44,769 bases of DNA from the NCBI GenBank assembly GCA_000320545.1, contig ADNK01001236.1, forward strand, positions 1-44,769. Reading direction: 5' to 3'. Shown one piece after another: positions 1 to 15,002 of the stretch. The notes below the pieces were generated by a model. It saw only the letters and a program-made list of their open reading frames with translations, ran no database searches and was not told where the DNA came from. The translations under genes were made by a program, and so were the position numbers. Every line of letters starts with the position of its first letter. The first letter of the stretch is position 1. The stretch comes from Bigelowiella natans CCMP2755. Lineage: Eukaryota; Protista; Cercozoa.

Positions 1-165
1 GAGGGAGAAGACGACAACGACGACGATAAGTTTTGCGGTCTGCATGCTCCAGAGCCCGACGCTGACATTTCCGAAATCATCCGGTCCTTCCCCCCCCCCT
101 CCTCTTCCTCTTCCTCCAGCCTACATTGTCGGTAGGGTAGGCTAAGTAATAAATACATGCTTATA

Positions 166-198
<33 letters not shown>

Positions 199-1297
199 CG
201 TTCGGGTAGTTATCGAGCACTGCGGGGATACGGCTTGGATCTAACCGACAACTATTGGATCTCTGTGGAGCTGAAGCAACCGACGCTCATCAGGGTAGTT
301 TCATCCGTATTCGTCTTCCCCATCTTCATCTTCATCGTTGTTGTCGTCGCCGTCGTAGCTCCTGAATTAGCTCCTGCCCTATCTCATGTGTAAAGCTGAG
401 AAGTCTCCTCATACACGTCTCTAACGAGTGCCCGACAAACGCCGAATACTACTTCTTTGTGTTAGCTCTGGTCATGGCTGCTGGAAGTGCAGAAAACTGT
501 GAAACCAATGACCACGCCGGTGCCAGTAGCGGCCATTACTACTACTACGACGACGACGACACCGAACGCAATTTCTTCTTCTTCTACGACTACAACAGCT
601 GCGACAACAGCCGCCGCGGCTGGTGCGGCGACGACGGCGACATCTGCCACTTCCAATCCAACAAATAGCAAGAACGGCCCGAGCGAGACTCACAGGCCCT
701 CCTCCCCTAGCAGCAGGGAGATCTCTGCCCTGCCGCGGGAAGGGGCGCTTGCGCTGATAGAAAGCCAGAGGTCGGTCTTGTTATCTGTTGTTGTCCATCT
801 ACGTGCGTGCGCTAAAAACTACGTTACGTGCATGTGCGTGTGTGTGCGAGCGAGAGATTGCGGACAAACGGGGGGGGAGGGTGCAGAAAGTGTGAAGCAA
901 CCATCACTAAGACGACGGTGATTGGAACTGGTCCTCACTGCGCGTTTGAAATGCGACGATCACCTGAGCTCGATTGGATTCCACCCTTAGAGCTAGTTAT
1001 CATTCCTGATTCTTGGGCAACATTTTGATCGGCAGACATCCGTCGCGGCACGTCACTGCGCCTTCTGCGGTATCGCCAGCGAAGCCTGGGAGCAGCATCA
1101 AAAAGATTCTGGCATCTTCTTCTTCTTCTTCCGGTGTTGGGTCTGGGGGTTGGTTCGTCGCCCATTATACGAGCGAGATTAGAAACCGGTGATAGTACGA
1201 TGGAGGTGGGGGGGGGGGGGGGGGATAGCTGCTCCTCAAACAGCAAAACCAACACACAATCTAGCCACTGGCCACTAAGCACATACAAATGTAGTGT

Positions 1298-1333
<36 letters not shown>

Positions 1334-4168
1334 GATCGATGATTCCACTGATCTCATTCTGAATTACTGATGGTATTGGTTTTGGTAGGGCGTTACGTCT
1401 TTGTGGATGGTGTCCACTCAACGAGAGCGCCGCTATTGAAACCTTACTGCGACGGCTACAGCAACGTCTGTGACCCCCACCCTCCCACTTCCCATCCCCC
1501 GTCCCCCAATTCCCCCTCCTCTCAGCCTGTGATGGTGATTGCGTGAGATCTTTTAGTGCAAGTCATCATCATTATGAAGGAATAGGATGTTTAAGGATCG
1601 GCAGCAACAATAATCTGCAGAAGATCCAACATTCGAGATGTTGCGTTGTCGTTCTTGGTGATTTAAAAAAGAAGAAAATCGCTTTCAAATGACAGCCTCT
1701 TTCCCTCCCCCCCATTCGCCTATTCGATCCCTCCCTTTCCTCCTAGGTGGTCTGTTTCAGAAAGCCGCGGCGTTGGCTTTATTCCATCTCGACGTAACAA
1801 GGGCCATAGGAGCGCTTGTAGATGGCGCCCAGGCCCTGTCAGCGACGGCGGCGACAACGACGACGGCACTCGCAGGGAGAGGGGCGTCTGATTCGAAAGC
1901 CAGTGCCAAGGCGAAGCTCGAGAAAAAGAGTGGAAAGGAAAAGCGAAGGGAAAGGGCGGAGGAGGACGGAAGCCATGTTCGCGCGGATGATCTTCGAATG
2001 GCCGCTATCGCTCTTTCAGGGTACTTTCCGCTCATCGTGATGAAGACATTTTTCTAACTCACTCGCACAGTGTGAGAAAGCAATTCGGTTTCTTTTGACT
2101 TCCTTCGTCGTGAGGCAACGTGAGGCAGCCCGTGCTTCACGGGACATCGTTTCCAGCGCGTCGAGGGGGAAGTGGAGGGGGGGGGGGGGGGGTACATCGT
2201 CAATAATTAAGAAGTGCATGTATTTGAATTCGACTGAGCCTGTCTCACCAAACACAAAAGCCAACGATTCACTTCGAAGCTGACACGACACTCTAGATTT
2301 GCTAAACTCTTCTGCTTTTTGCTTGGGGTTGGGTGTGTGTGGGGGGGGGGGGGGGGGCTTCCACGAAGGTACGGAACGGCGAACAAATTGTGGCGTGCGA
2401 CATGCCAGGGACTGCTACAGCAGCTGAAATCGCCGTATCTCCGTGCGGCACTCGCCTTCCTCTCCGGAGACGACTCCCCTGAGGGCTTGCATGGGGTGCT
2501 GACACAGGTGAAGTTGCTGCCTGCAACCAAATGATGGATAATGATGATGAGGAGGAGGATGAGGAGGAGGATGATGATGTGTACGACGACGATACTGTTC
2601 AGTACTGAGCGCACGCATACGCAGCATAGAAAGACCATGGCTGTTCTTCGCTGTGTTTGAACATCGTAACCATCAGTGCTCTAGTGATGCTGATTTCTCC
2701 CTCTCTCTCCCCTCCCCCCCCCTTCTTCTACGTCGCCGGTGGTCATCACTCTATACATCACTCCCGCTCTCTTCTTACCCTTTATGTTGCTCTTCTTTCT
2801 CTTCTTCACCTTCTTCTTCTTTTACCTTCAAGGTGGGGATGGACCTCCGAGACCGCGTCGGCTTCGCGCTCCGCTTTCTGCCCGATTTGCAGCTCCGGGA
2901 ACATCTCCAGATGTGCGTGAAAGAGGCCGTTCGCGACGGCCTGCTCGAGGGCCTCATCGTCACCGGCGTGTCTGCGGAGAATACGGGCACTTGTGCGTTG
3001 TTGCAGTCCTATATTGACCGCACGGGTGACCTCCAATCGGCGGCTCTCGTTGCGTGCTACGCGGTCAGCGGATTGGGGGGGGGGCGAGCAGGGAAAGGGC
3101 CGGGAGCGGTGAAAAGCGGGGAGAGGGATTGGGTGCTACCCCGGCAGCGACAGCGGGGAGGAGAGGATGTGAAGATGAAAGGAAGAGGAGATAAGGATGC
3201 GAAGATGAATAAGGGTTCCCTCTCCACCACCTCCTCCTCCTCCTCCTCCTCCTCCTCCTCGAAGAAGAGTAAGAAGGACAGGGACATGGTGTGCAGAACA
3301 TTCCTGAATTGGATATCAACCTACCGGGCGCTACTCGACCAGTGGCAGCTCTGGTACGCTACTAAGCACTTCCTCTTATCTCTTTTTTTCCCCCGAGGAT
3401 ATTAATACCGGGGGGGGGCGGTGGTCATTTCCAAAAGTGTTAGCAGCATCCTAACAGCTGCAGCGGCACCGGAGCATGTTTTTGTGCCTCTATACGAATC
3501 ACTAATCCTCTTTTTGATATGTTCTGTCCGGTTGTTTGACCTCTTTCTTGATGTCTGACCCCCCTGCTCTCGCCCCCCCGTTCATCAATTTTACTCTCTT
3601 CATTGCCTCGTCACCTTCCCCACATGGGCGTGTGATGCGGGCCTTTGGCGCATGTTACATTTGGAGGAAAAAATGAAAATATTATTTATATAAATCAAAA
3701 AATCAGGATGCAGCGCGCACGTTTAGACGTCTCTCGCTCCGTCCTAGAGCGCTCGGCCGCAGCGATTGCAGCAGCCCATGGCAGTGGTGGGGTCGGGGCA
3801 GCCTCAGCAGTAGCAGCACAGAGAGGAGGAGGAGGAGGAGGAGGAGGAAGACCCGCAACAACAAAGGGGAAGGGAATTACGCTCGGTAGTAGACCTCCTC
3901 AGATCACAGTTCAGAGCAGTCATCCCCAAGGCCGTCTCAGTGCCAGCAGCAGCAACAACAATGGCGGCGCCAGCAACAGTAGCAGGTCAGCACAGACGCA
4001 CAGACGCCCCTGTGAAGTACTTTCTCACGCATTCACCACACTCGCAAACGCACAGCGGAGAGAGAAGGAGGGGCGGGGACTGAGAAAGCTCTTTCTCTCT
4101 TGAGGGCTATGATTGCATTGGCGTGTCCCCGAACACTTGGAAATTGTTTTTGTCGTTCATATGCGTCG

Positions 4169-4217
<49 letters not shown>

Positions 4218-5138
4218 GGGGGGAGGAGAGAGAGGGGACGGGAATGATGGCCTTGATGGTAGATGCTTTCCTCCTCCTCCTATGTACAACGACGACGACG
4301 ACGACGACACCTGACCCTCCCTTCTCGAGCAAAAAGCTGATCTGCACTGGTTAAAAACCCTAATATTTATTCCCGAATGTTGTCCCACTTGTCCCGCGCC
4401 GGTGCGTCTGTCTCTGCGTCTGTTCTCTTCGTATTCAAAACCGCCCAGACTCTCTTCGGTAGTGCTTCCTCTGGACGACGTGGAACCACAGATATACGTG
4501 CGATGCAAGCGCTGCTCACAGCCGCTCTCGGCTCCGCGTATGCGCTCCACGCTCCCCAGTCGCGGAAAGACAGCGTTCCGCACGCGCAGGTCCCTCAGCT
4601 TCCGTTCAAAGCCATCAGGCTTCGGTGGGGCGGGCAGGTTCGGAGGTGATGCTACGGGAGCGGGCGGACTGGCTAGCAGTGAGAAGAGAGACGAGTTGGG
4701 CGGCGGAGGCGGGGGGGGGGGGGGGCAGCATCGCAACTCAGCCGATCAGGACAATGCCCGAGCTGCAAGCTGCCGTTGCCGCGGTGTGCATTGTGCCTGC
4801 TCACTATGGACAGCTCGACGCCCTATGCTATCACGGCTAGGAAAAGGTCGATGACTGCCGCTGCGAAGGAATCTGGCGGCGGAGGCGGGATCGGGGTTAT
4901 GGGAGGGGGGGGGGGGCGCGGGGGCCCAGGAGGCGGTGACAGCAAAGAGGGCGACTCGATTGATAGCAGCTCTAAACATCCGTTTGGCGAATGGTTCATC
5001 TGGTGCCAGAACTGCCGCCACGGCGGCCACGCCGCTCATGTGTACTCCTGGTTCGAGTCGCACGATGTTTGTCCGGGGGCGCACTGCACATGCAAGTGCC
5101 TCCATCTTGAACGCTCGATCATTCCGATGGCGACCTAG
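1..5138 (+). CDS. MIOS: GATOR2 complex subunit MIOS/Mio/Sea4 (multi-exon, 5' end outside the window)
   Basis: Spliced exons give DISEIIR-YRALRGYGLD (intron 84-209), LWSWL (exon from 466), AAALALFHLDV, LRMAAIALSGY, LKSPYLRAALAFL, LRDRVGFALRFL, GLLEGLIVTG..LLQSYIDRTGDLQSAAL and WISTYRALLDQWQLW-MQRARLDV. The C-terminal zinc/RING region reads CPSCKLPLPRCALCL...WFIWCQNCRHGGHAAHVYSWF..HDVCP..C.C.C, with the stop at 5138. Confidence 0.93.
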
Positions 5139-6481
5139 CGTGGAGGGGGCAGTAGTAGTGGCAAATTTACGGAGGGGTGGGGTTAAAGGGCTTCTAAGCG
5201 TTCGGCAGAGTGGAAGATTTCATTCAGGGACGCGAGTTGCGCTGTCGAATGGCTTGTTCTTCGTAGAGTACCTTCATGTTGTTCTTGCAACTTACTACCT
5301 TGTTTTTGAAGGCTGAGAGAAATTATTGGAAAGCGCAAAACCTCAAGACGGGTTCCATTTACTTTTGGGCAAACTTCAAGAGGTTTTGTCGATGTACACA
5401 ACTGCTAGCGAATCGTGCAAAGTCGCTGGCTAGCTGGGCATATGCGACGTCGCTTGTGCTCCACTGTGCTCACATGTAGCACATGTAATTTTCCATGCTA
5501 GCATGGATCACGGTTTTCTATTCGTACACATGCATGAATGTAGGAAGCTGCATATGTGAAGGTCTTGTGCACAGCAGATCGAACACAAACTGAGACAATG
5601 TCTAGAGACGTTAATGGACATTTCTAGAATTTTTACTTGATTACAGCGAATTTTCTAACGTGACGTGTCTCACGCTTTTGCTCGCTAGCATGGCTCGCAG
5701 ACAGCATGGCTCGCAGACAGTCACACATTGCTCATTAGAGGGAGCATCGCTATGTGCGTAATTGCGCGCACGATATGTTCGTTGCGCTATGCATTGCACA
5801 AATGAAAGACAAAGGTGGTGTCAGCATCACAGTGAATGGGTTTCCAGATGTGCTCAACATTTGCGTACACATAGATAGTAGACAACGGCAGTACAAGCTA
5901 ACAAGCGCACAAGTGATTCACTTTGTAACTCGCACACAACACACACGAGCGAGGATGAACTTCGGCGTCCCTGCCTACACTTAAATGCATGTCTAGATGT
6001 CATGAACGTTAGCTCATGCTCATCGTTCATTCCTGGACACGATGCAATATGCATGAGACCGTACACGCGTAGCATCAGGACCACGCCTAACTGATGATGT
6101 AGCAAGACGTACTTCTATCCATTTAATAAAAATCATGGATTTAATATTTCGCAAGCAATACAAGCATGTTCACTTGCATTCATCTGCTTGCGTTACAAGA
6201 ATCTTGAGCGAAGACGGTGACGACGACAAAGACGACGATAAGGAAGACGATGACGTACGGGCCTGCTTCTGCGGCGGCTTGTTTATTCGGAACGCTCTGG
6301 ATGTGGCCATGTGCGCCAGCGTTATTATCATGGTGACACAAAGGATACCGATGCAGCCTTTTGCTGTCATAATGTTGGTGTCGTGACTCCTGCGAAGAAA
6401 TGGGGGGGGGAAGGGGTATGGTGTGAGAAAACACTAAACATGAAGAAGATGTTGATATCTGCTGTGTGTGATGAATAGACA

Positions 6482-6518
<37 letters not shown>

Positions 6519-6944
6519 GTGAATATGTCATGCAGCTCCAAGATGAAGAGACAGCCAACGGTTAGCGGCCTTTATCTTCTTTCTTGCTTTTTCTTGGTAT
6601 GCTTTTCGCCCTCTCTCCACCCTCCCCCCCCCCGCCCAATTCCTTGCATACACGGCCGTGACCCCCCCCTCCCCCCCTTTCCGACTGCAGTTTCGTGAAA
6701 AAGCAAATTCACCTTCCATCGGCACCGCTATCTACAGTTGCGGCGACGATCGCACATACGCAAACGATCGAGAGCAGTCCGAGGACAGAGAGCATCCCTA
6801 TCGATTCTTACGGGGGGGAAGAGCAAGAACAGATATACCAACAAAAAAGATAGCAGCGACATAGCTGTTAGGTGAGAAATTGATGGATAATAAGTCCAAC
6901 GCATCAACAGCCCGTACACCTTCCCCTCTTCATTCAGGATGAAG

Positions 6945-7354
6945 CTATAATCCCCGAGAAAGCGCCCCTGCCCCTTTGTTCCACTCTCCCTCTCGCTCTC
7001 GCTCTCGCTGGCTGTCTTCTCGAGGCGCTAGCCAAGGCAAAAGGAGGAGGGTCTTTAACACAATGCAAAGAGAAAAGCACTTACTTTCCATCCTTGGAGG
7101 ATACGGAGCTGCATCTCGCTTCAGAGACCGTGGGAAGAAGACAGAGCTTGTCCTCCTCCGACTGCTGCTGCTTCCTCCAAAGAACAACCGTCGTAAGTCG
7201 AGAATCGCCACCGTTCTCCGCTGCTTGACCCGCCTCGATATCAGCACCAGGGATCCCGTGAAAAGCACCCACAGAGCAAACGAGAGCAGAAGCATTCCGA
7301 GCGGGAGACACATCAGCGGCAAAAAGACCAAACTGACGATGCTCTCCTTCAGAC

Positions 7355-7387
<33 letters not shown>

Positions 7388-8831
7388 AACGGTTTGTGCT
7401 GATGTTCGGGGTGCTCCTGCTACTGGGGGAGGTACTTTTTGATAATGAGGGGAGGGGCTGCATTTTCTCCTCTTCTTTGCCGCTCTCAACGCGGTGCGGT
7501 ATCTTGCGCCGCGTGGCTCCTGACAGCATAGAGGAGGGTCTGATGCTCTTTCTGACCGTCATTAATGTTTCTAAAGCCGATGGTGGTGGCGATGATGATG
7601 ACGATGACGATGACGATGATGACGACGTTAGAGAGCAAGTTATGGAGGCTGGGCGGCGGATCCACCACCGGCCAAATGCTTCCTCCAACCGTCGCTGTGC
7701 TGTCATAGGGGAGGCGTCGGTGTGGGTCGGCATCAGAAGGGCCGGTGATAATGATGGGGGGGTGGAGGATGACAATCTGCCGAGATGCTCACGGCGAGGA
7801 AGACGGCGGTTAATTTGATGATGATGATAGTTTGGCTGCTGCTGCTGCTGCTCTGGTAGTAGCAATGACTCGATGGCATTGAGCCATATTTCCCGAGCTG
7901 ACCAGGTTTCCGAGGATAAGAGCAATAGAATATCAGCTGAAGGAAGCTCTGTTGAGGAAGAACCTCTCTTCTTCTTCTTTCTCCCATCCTCGCCTCCCCC
8001 CCCCCCCTCCTCCTTGTTGCTGCTCCTCCTGTTCCCGCTCTTCGTTGTACCATACGCCCTGTGGACGCTAGGCCAGGGCTCACGTAGCCGACCACCTTGA
8101 GAATGATCTTCCTGATTGTGCAGCAAGGCGAAGGTATACGGTGGCAGCAACGATGATGAGGATGACGCTGACGGTGCTGGCGTGGAGAGTGGGGAAGAGG
8201 ACGGTCTCGAATCGCCCAGCAGCAAGCCAGCTCGTAGTCCTCCTCCATCTTCAACTTCTTTCTGTCGGTCACAATATCTAACTACACGCCCCACTTTGCT
8301 TAGAGGGATCATGATGATTCCGTCCCCATCGTCGTCGTAATCACGCTCATCATTCGACCCCGTCGCAGACTTGTTCTCATGTGTTGCCTCTTTCTTCCTC
8401 CTCCGCGCCATCGTCGTCATCATCGGTTGTGGCGCAAGCACGACGAACCACCCCTCAGCATGGCAGGCGAGCGACGCTCTCACAGGGCGTCGGATTCTCT
8501 CCGAGCCCCTCCCATCTACACCATCGTCCAATAACTCCATTGTTAGATAGTGATTCTCCGCACAAATCCTTGAGCTCGCCAGTAGCCACCGGGAAGTGAA
8601 CGACCGCGAGGCGGTGCGTAGCACACGGGCGATATGGATTAGTGGCGAGGCTCCTGGTTGCTGTGCATCTGTACGCGTGGTGAGGCCGCCTTCTTTTCTA
8701 TGATGATAACCGACGCTATCAGCAGCAGAGAAACCACGGCCGTTGTTGCCGTGTTCATTCTGACCTGCCCTTGCGTGAACTGATGATGATGATGATGATG
8801 ATGATGATGCCTCCTTATCAATACACACACA

Positions 8832-8890
<59 letters not shown>

Positions 8891-11689
8891 CAGAGAGAGA
8901 GAGCACAGAGTAGAAATCAACGTCAGGCGTTGGCTTAGATGTAGATGACAATTTGAGAGGCAACAACAACAAAAATCAAGAGCCATATTTCCAATTATTC
9001 GACAAGGCCCTTACTGCATTTATCCGAGACGCCTACAGATTCGCGGTCTTTTCTCTCTTTTCTCCGTCTTATTTAAGCACAATCTATTCCCGCCGTCCGT
9101 CAACACCGTATTACTCGTCTCTCTATCAGCTGCTGCCTGCTATTTCTACTACTCCCCACCACCACCACCATCATCACACCGAAAACACTACTACTCTACT
9201 TCTACTACTGCAACTACACATGTACTACCCGCTGATAGGCCGCGACAATACTCCGTACTCTATGGACTAGATGATGAGCGGCCGCCGAAGTAAGCTTAAA
9301 AGTGTACGATTCCTCTCCACCTTCCTGATTCCTCAACATCCGCGTCTTTGCTTTCATCATGCTCCCCCCCTCCATTAGGACTGCTGCATCGCAACCGCCA
9401 CTCCGACCAGGAACGGGTTCCACAGCTGGCATCGGCTGCCGCAGCGCACGAATACCCACCAGCAGTGTGTGCGAGCTGTTCTGATGGGGGAGGGGTGAGT
9501 AACTGCTAGCCCTGCCGTCATCAGCGTTATATTCCTCCGAGATGCAGGTGCGAGGCGGCGCGATGCTGATGATGTGCGCGGATAGCAGTCGATCGGGCCC
9601 TACACGTAGGAAACTTGCCGCGCTGCAAAACAGAAGCGTGTGGCCTCGCATCAGCATTAAGCCAAGGTAGTCGCAGAGTCCAGTTTCGCGCACGCAGGGC
9701 TCCCAGCACGACGAAATCGCCATTGGATCTGACGATGATGGCGACGGTAACAGCGTCGAGGACGCGATTGGTGGTAGCGAAGATGCTGTTGGGGGTGTTA
9801 TTAGGGGGGGGGTAAGTGCCGGCAACAGAGACATGAAGCCCGATGGAGACGAAGAGGAATGTAGAACTGGGAAGATGGTTAACAGATCACTCTTCGGAGT
9901 TGAAGACATCGACGACGAGTTCATCGGTGACGTTGCTCTCTCCCCACCCCTTCCATAGTATGTTTGCCGCCGCCAGCCACTACGTAGAGGCTCGTTTCGA
10001 CGCCGCTCTCTACGATCGTCAGGATCACCGGGGAGTTCCTCCTCCTCCTCCTCCTCCTCCTCCTCATCCACAAATCCGTTCCTTCCGAGGAGGGTAGCGT
10101 CTGTGATGGGATCGGGGGGGCGGCACACCCCCACCACCAGCACGCCAAAGATGCGGGAGAGTTTGGTGTTGTTGCTGCTGGCCAGAAAGCTCCGCATGAA
10201 GTAGGAAGAGATGTTGCGGCTATTTCCTCCATGGTGAGGACTTTGAAGAGATTGCTGCTCCTGCTCATCAGCTGCCTGCTCCTCCCACACCCTTCCTTCC
10301 TTATGACCGCCTATGTTTCGATCGTCCGTCGTTCTCGGCGAGCGATAGCTGTCTCTCTTCCCCATCATCCCTCCTCCTCCTCCCCTCCCCTGTCGCCTTC
10401 TATTGCCTGATGATGGGGTGGTGGCACCGATCGTGATAAAAAGACGTGTAAGTTGGCGGTGGCTGTGGACGGCTGCTAGATCTACGCACACGAGCCTTTC
10501 CCATCCCGAGTGTTTGGTCCACAGTGCTGCGGCTGCTCCTCCGGCGCCTTGAACAAGGCTGGGGGGGGAGAATTGTCGAGAAGTCCGCCCACGCTGCCGC
10601 CGCCATCGGCGGCGTCGTCCATCGCTATGCTGGCGACGTCGGTGGCTATATCGCTGCTGCTGCTGACGCAAGTCGTAGTAGGAATTGGGAGGGGGGTGGA
10701 AAGGAGGGGATCCACCTCGGAGACGCAGCCCCCCCCCCCCCTCCTCCTCCTCCTCCTCCTCCTCTTCCTCTTCATCCTCCTTCTCGTCGGCATCGTTGCT
10801 GATGACTTCGCCTTCCTCTTTAGCCTCGACTGAGTGATTTTTCTTTTTCTTTTTCTTCTTCTTCTTCTTTCTCTTGGCGTTCGATCCCCCCCCCTTCGTC
10901 TTTCTCCTTCTCTCCTCCTCCTCCATCGCATCTGCCACCCAGGTTCTAAGCCCCGCTCTCAGCTTTTCCTCTAGACTTAACCGGAAACTGACGGATAGAA
11001 GGAAAACATTCAGAATGTGAAAAATCATCGCGGAGTGCTTACAACGAGAGAACATCGAAAGATTTGGTCCTCGGCCCGTGTCGCAGGCCAAGAAATCATC
11101 GATGTTTCCTCAGTCCATCAACAGATTTCACGCACGAGGAGAAGAGCAAGATTGGCAGATGATGTTGTTTCGTGTTGCTAATATGGAAAAAAGCTTTCTC
11201 TCCTAGCGTATGAAGGGGGATAATGATCCTCCCGTTTGTGTTTTAATTTCAATACTTTTCGCTGATGAGATGGCTCGGAAACGACAAGGTCATGGTCGCC
11301 ACGGCTGCAGAGTTAGAGGGGGGAGAGGGAGCAGCTCCAGCCCCAAGACTAGGAGAGGATGGCGGCTGTTTTGACGATGATGCCGACATGAACATGCGGT
11401 CTCTGTTGGTTTTCTTTTCCTTGTACTTGCGATCCTCCTTATCTACCCCGCGGTGGAGGCGAGGGGACGATGAGAGAGCAGTAGGTTGCTTGAGGAGGGC
11501 GGGGGGAAGGCATTGCGCGTCCAAGGCGGACACCACTGTTAGGAGGTGCAGCCATTCGTCCCTCATCGAGTAGGTCGGGAAGAGGAGGGTATACCTGTTA
11601 CGTAAAAATAGTCAGAAAGGGGGAGGAGGAGGAGGAGGAGAAGAACAGCCGCAGCCACAGCAGAAGGAGGGAAGAAGGATATTCTGAGT

Positions 11690-11733
<44 letters not shown>

Positions 11734-12110
11734 ATCACAACCCTAGGCTGCCTTGTGCCATCGACGCAGCCTTTCCCCCGTCGCCAATATTGTAATGAGA
11801 AAACAGCTCCAACACAACCGTCGGGCCCAGACCCCTTTCTATACGCGCAAAAGCAAGCACCAGGACGAGACTCTTCTCCCCCCCTCTCGTTCCGCCCGCT
11901 ACCTCGCCCCCCTCGGGATTCATGTGAAGGCGCACAAGCCAGTGCAACGGCCTTTGGGGAGGGTAGGGGAGGCGCGGGGAGGATGATGAAGAGGATGATG
12001 ACGATATTAATGGTGATTGCTTTCGGGAGTAGCTGCTACTGCCGCAATGCCATGCCTCTCGAGGCACTCCAAGAACCAACCGGAGCCTATAGCAAAAGCA
12101 AAGAATCATT
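6945..12110 (-). CDS. Large multi-exon low-complexity protein with several PH-like domains and a possible C-terminal transmembrane segment
   Basis: Long ORFs 6945-8972 and 9214-11091 plus 11249-11566 and 11735-12109. PH-type C-terminal helices: LLLLSSETWSAREIWLNAIESLL, MRDEWLHLLTVVS and YTFKLTSAAAHHLVHRVRSIV. Hydrophobic stretch LVFLPLMCLPLGMLLLSFALWVLFTGSLVLI. Boundaries, and whether this is one gene, are uncertain. Confidence 0.5.
8780..8900. repeat. Compound intronic microsatellite (TGA)n(CA)n(GA)n, one example of many
   Basis: Directly visible. Similar (CA)n, (GA)n and (TA)n tracts occur near 1300, 4170, 6485, 11695, 12540, 14965, 21105, 22205, 23080, 29222, 40460 and 40990. Confidence 0.95.
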
Positions 12111-12536
12111 CCTCATTAAATAATGAAGTAGCCTTTTTGATGTTGCGGCGCTATTTACGACCCAAAAAATGAAAGCTTTACGCTAATGATTCGTGTCTCG
12201 CGACACATCGCATTGGCGTGTTCCCCTGATTCGCCAAAACAAATGAAACCGCATCGCGACGCGTTGCTCACGATATAGCACCGAGAGATTGCGTCCTATG
12301 ACACACGGCCTCAGGATGGAAAGCTCAGTGGTGATCTTAGATCGTCAGAAAGCTTCACGATATATTGGCACTTCTTTTGCGAACATGTTCCGCTTCCTCG
12401 CCATTTCTCTTCCAGCATCATAAATCGTATATTTTCAAGAAAAGGTGACGATTTCGCGCGGTTCATACGCGATGGTTCCTGGTCTGTGATCCTGCTTTGC
12501 CTCTCACCGACTACGAAACTATCGATCGAAAGCTTT

Positions 12537-12583
<47 letters not shown>

Positions 12584-12614
12584 CTCTTCACTACCGCAAG
12601 GCCACGCTCACAAA

Positions 12615-14960
12615 TTAATCATACCCGTAAGATGGCAAATGGTCCTGATGATGGGGTAGACGGCGATGACGGGTGGAGGGGGAACGATTGAGGAAGTTCC
12701 TGGTGTATGAATCATGTCCCGAGACGCTTCTATGATGGTGAGGTCGCCGTTTGTGCATGAACTTCCTCTTCTTCCTCTTTTCCTTCTTAGTCCTTCTCCA
12801 GCGCCGTGCGTTGGTTTGGAACATATCATCGCGTCCATCTTCGTGGCGCTCCCCCCCCCCTTCTTTCTCTTCTTCTTCTTCTTCTTCTTCTTCTTCTCCG
12901 TCAACCTCCTCCCCAATACCCGTGGCGTAGAAGCCGCCATCGTCGCCTTCATCAGAGATAAACTGCTGTGCACACTCATCTGGAGCCCCTTCCAGCACCC
13001 TCACACCGCTCGCCAAGGCGATTTCTCTCCCTGATGCGGACGTCACGGCATCCCAAGTCTGATTGTTGCCGAAATAGGGGGGAGGGGGTGGGGGGGGGAG
13101 GCCGATATTAGTACTAGCATTATTGTCGTAGACTAATTTAGTAGTTTTGGTAGTAGGAGGTGTAGTTGCTTACGATTTTACCAAGAGCCATGGCATCTTC
13201 TTCTTCAAGAGACTCAGAGCATGAGTCACGAGGGGTATAACGTTGATGTTGACGTTGATGATGATGACGATGCACATGTTTTCGGTCGCTACCGCCGTTC
13301 TTAATCGGTGTTTCGTGCAGCGAGGAGCTGTCCTTTGCAGTAGGCGCCTTTGTTTTGGTGTCGTTGTTTTCCACTTTCGATGAAGAAACCGCAGCAGTAG
13401 TAGTAGCAGCAGCACCACCACCAGCCGTATCGTCAGCATCACCATTTGCTCTGCTAGGCTTGGTAATCTTGGGACTGAGGTGATTCTCCTTTTTCACGGT
13501 TTTCTTTTTTGCCGCTACTACCGCCTGGCCGCTGCTGCTCTTTCCAGGGATTTTCTTTTGAGCAGGAGAGCCAATGGAGGGGGCGGGGGCTGTATCAGGC
13601 ACGGTCGCAGTCTGATCTGCTGCAGCCATCCTCTCTGCAGATGGAGATGCTGGTATATTTAGAGATAGTGGTGGCTCTTTGCAGAGTCGCCCATGCGGCT
13701 GTTGTTGCTGCTTCTGGTCCTCTTCTTCCTCCTCCTCCTGCTTCTGGTGGCGTTGGGGCTGCTGCAAGAAGTTCCTCGTGGGGGTGATATTTCCACTGGC
13801 GTCCTTGTTGGGGGTGATGAAAGGATTGAAGACACGCTGCTGCTGCTGCTGCTGCTGTTGAAGCAGCAGCCCTCCTCGTGTACGGAGTGGATGTGAATTT
13901 GATCGGATGGGAACAGGGCAACTAACTGGCAGCCCAATCACCTGTGATTCGCTCTCGCGACGGGGTCGTCTTGCAGGGGGGGGGGACATTCCGAGTGAAA
14001 CAGTACGTGAAGCCCAACCCTCGTATAGACCATTTGGGTCCCGGCTCTTCGACCTGAAGTAGCCGCTAACATCTCCTCCCCCGCTCCCCCCCGCTTTCGT
14101 TTCTCCTTCCCCTGCTGCCAGTGCTGGTACTGGTGACGCCGTTGTCTTCGCGCTGGTCCCCCTGCCATCTACGAGAACGTTGCTGCGGAGTTGTTTCCAT
14201 ACATCACGCGAGGAAGAAGTTGGAGATCGAACGCCCTCCTTTTGCTGCTGCTGTTGGATGGACCCTACAGTCTGGTGAGAACGGGCAGATGGGCTGCTTG
14301 TCGTGACACCAGTGGCTTTGTTGTAGTCTCTTGCCCTTCTGGAGGAATGATACAGGACGGAAGTGCTGCTACGAGACATGCCATCATGACTTCTGCTGTT
14401 TCCGCCAATACGAAAACCTGGGGGTCCACGTAAGATGCCCGACCCCCTGGGAGAGGAGACAATGGGGGGCGAGGAGATGCGGCGCGTAAAGCTGTCCTGA
14501 AGGGTCCCTTCTTCCACCCCCCTGTCCTTCGTTTTCACCATATCGTCTGTACGGAACCCATTGAAGTCCTTCTGCAACTGCCTCAGTACCACCGTGTCAG
14601 CTTCTCGAATCGACCGAAGATGATGCTGCCCAACCAATCCGCCACCTGCAGAAGTCCCACGGCGTCGCTGTAGTTTCGCAGAGGAGACGAGCCTGCCCCC
14701 CCCCATCGTTCCCATGCTACCACTGCCGCTGCCTCCCATGGCTGCCGGGGGAGTCATTACGTTCCGCCGCGGTCCTGATAGTGTCGAATTCAAAGCTGAC
14801 CGCCTTGAGCTGGAGAGGGTCGATGATGAGGAACCCTGCAATGGCCTATGCTGAGCAGCATTTTGAGCTTGGAACGCCCCTTCATTTTCCCCGTACTTCG
14901 CGATAGTCTGATGAGAAGTAGCATAGTGGCTGGAAGGTGAGGCAAATCCTATCAATGTGG

Positions 14961-15002
<42 letters not shown>

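Noticed and set aside
4705-4730. Apparent frameshift in the last MIOS exon (pseudogene or programmed frameshift)
   Set aside because: It falls in a long G homopolymer, and conserved motifs are intact on both sides. A sequencing or assembly length error is most likely.
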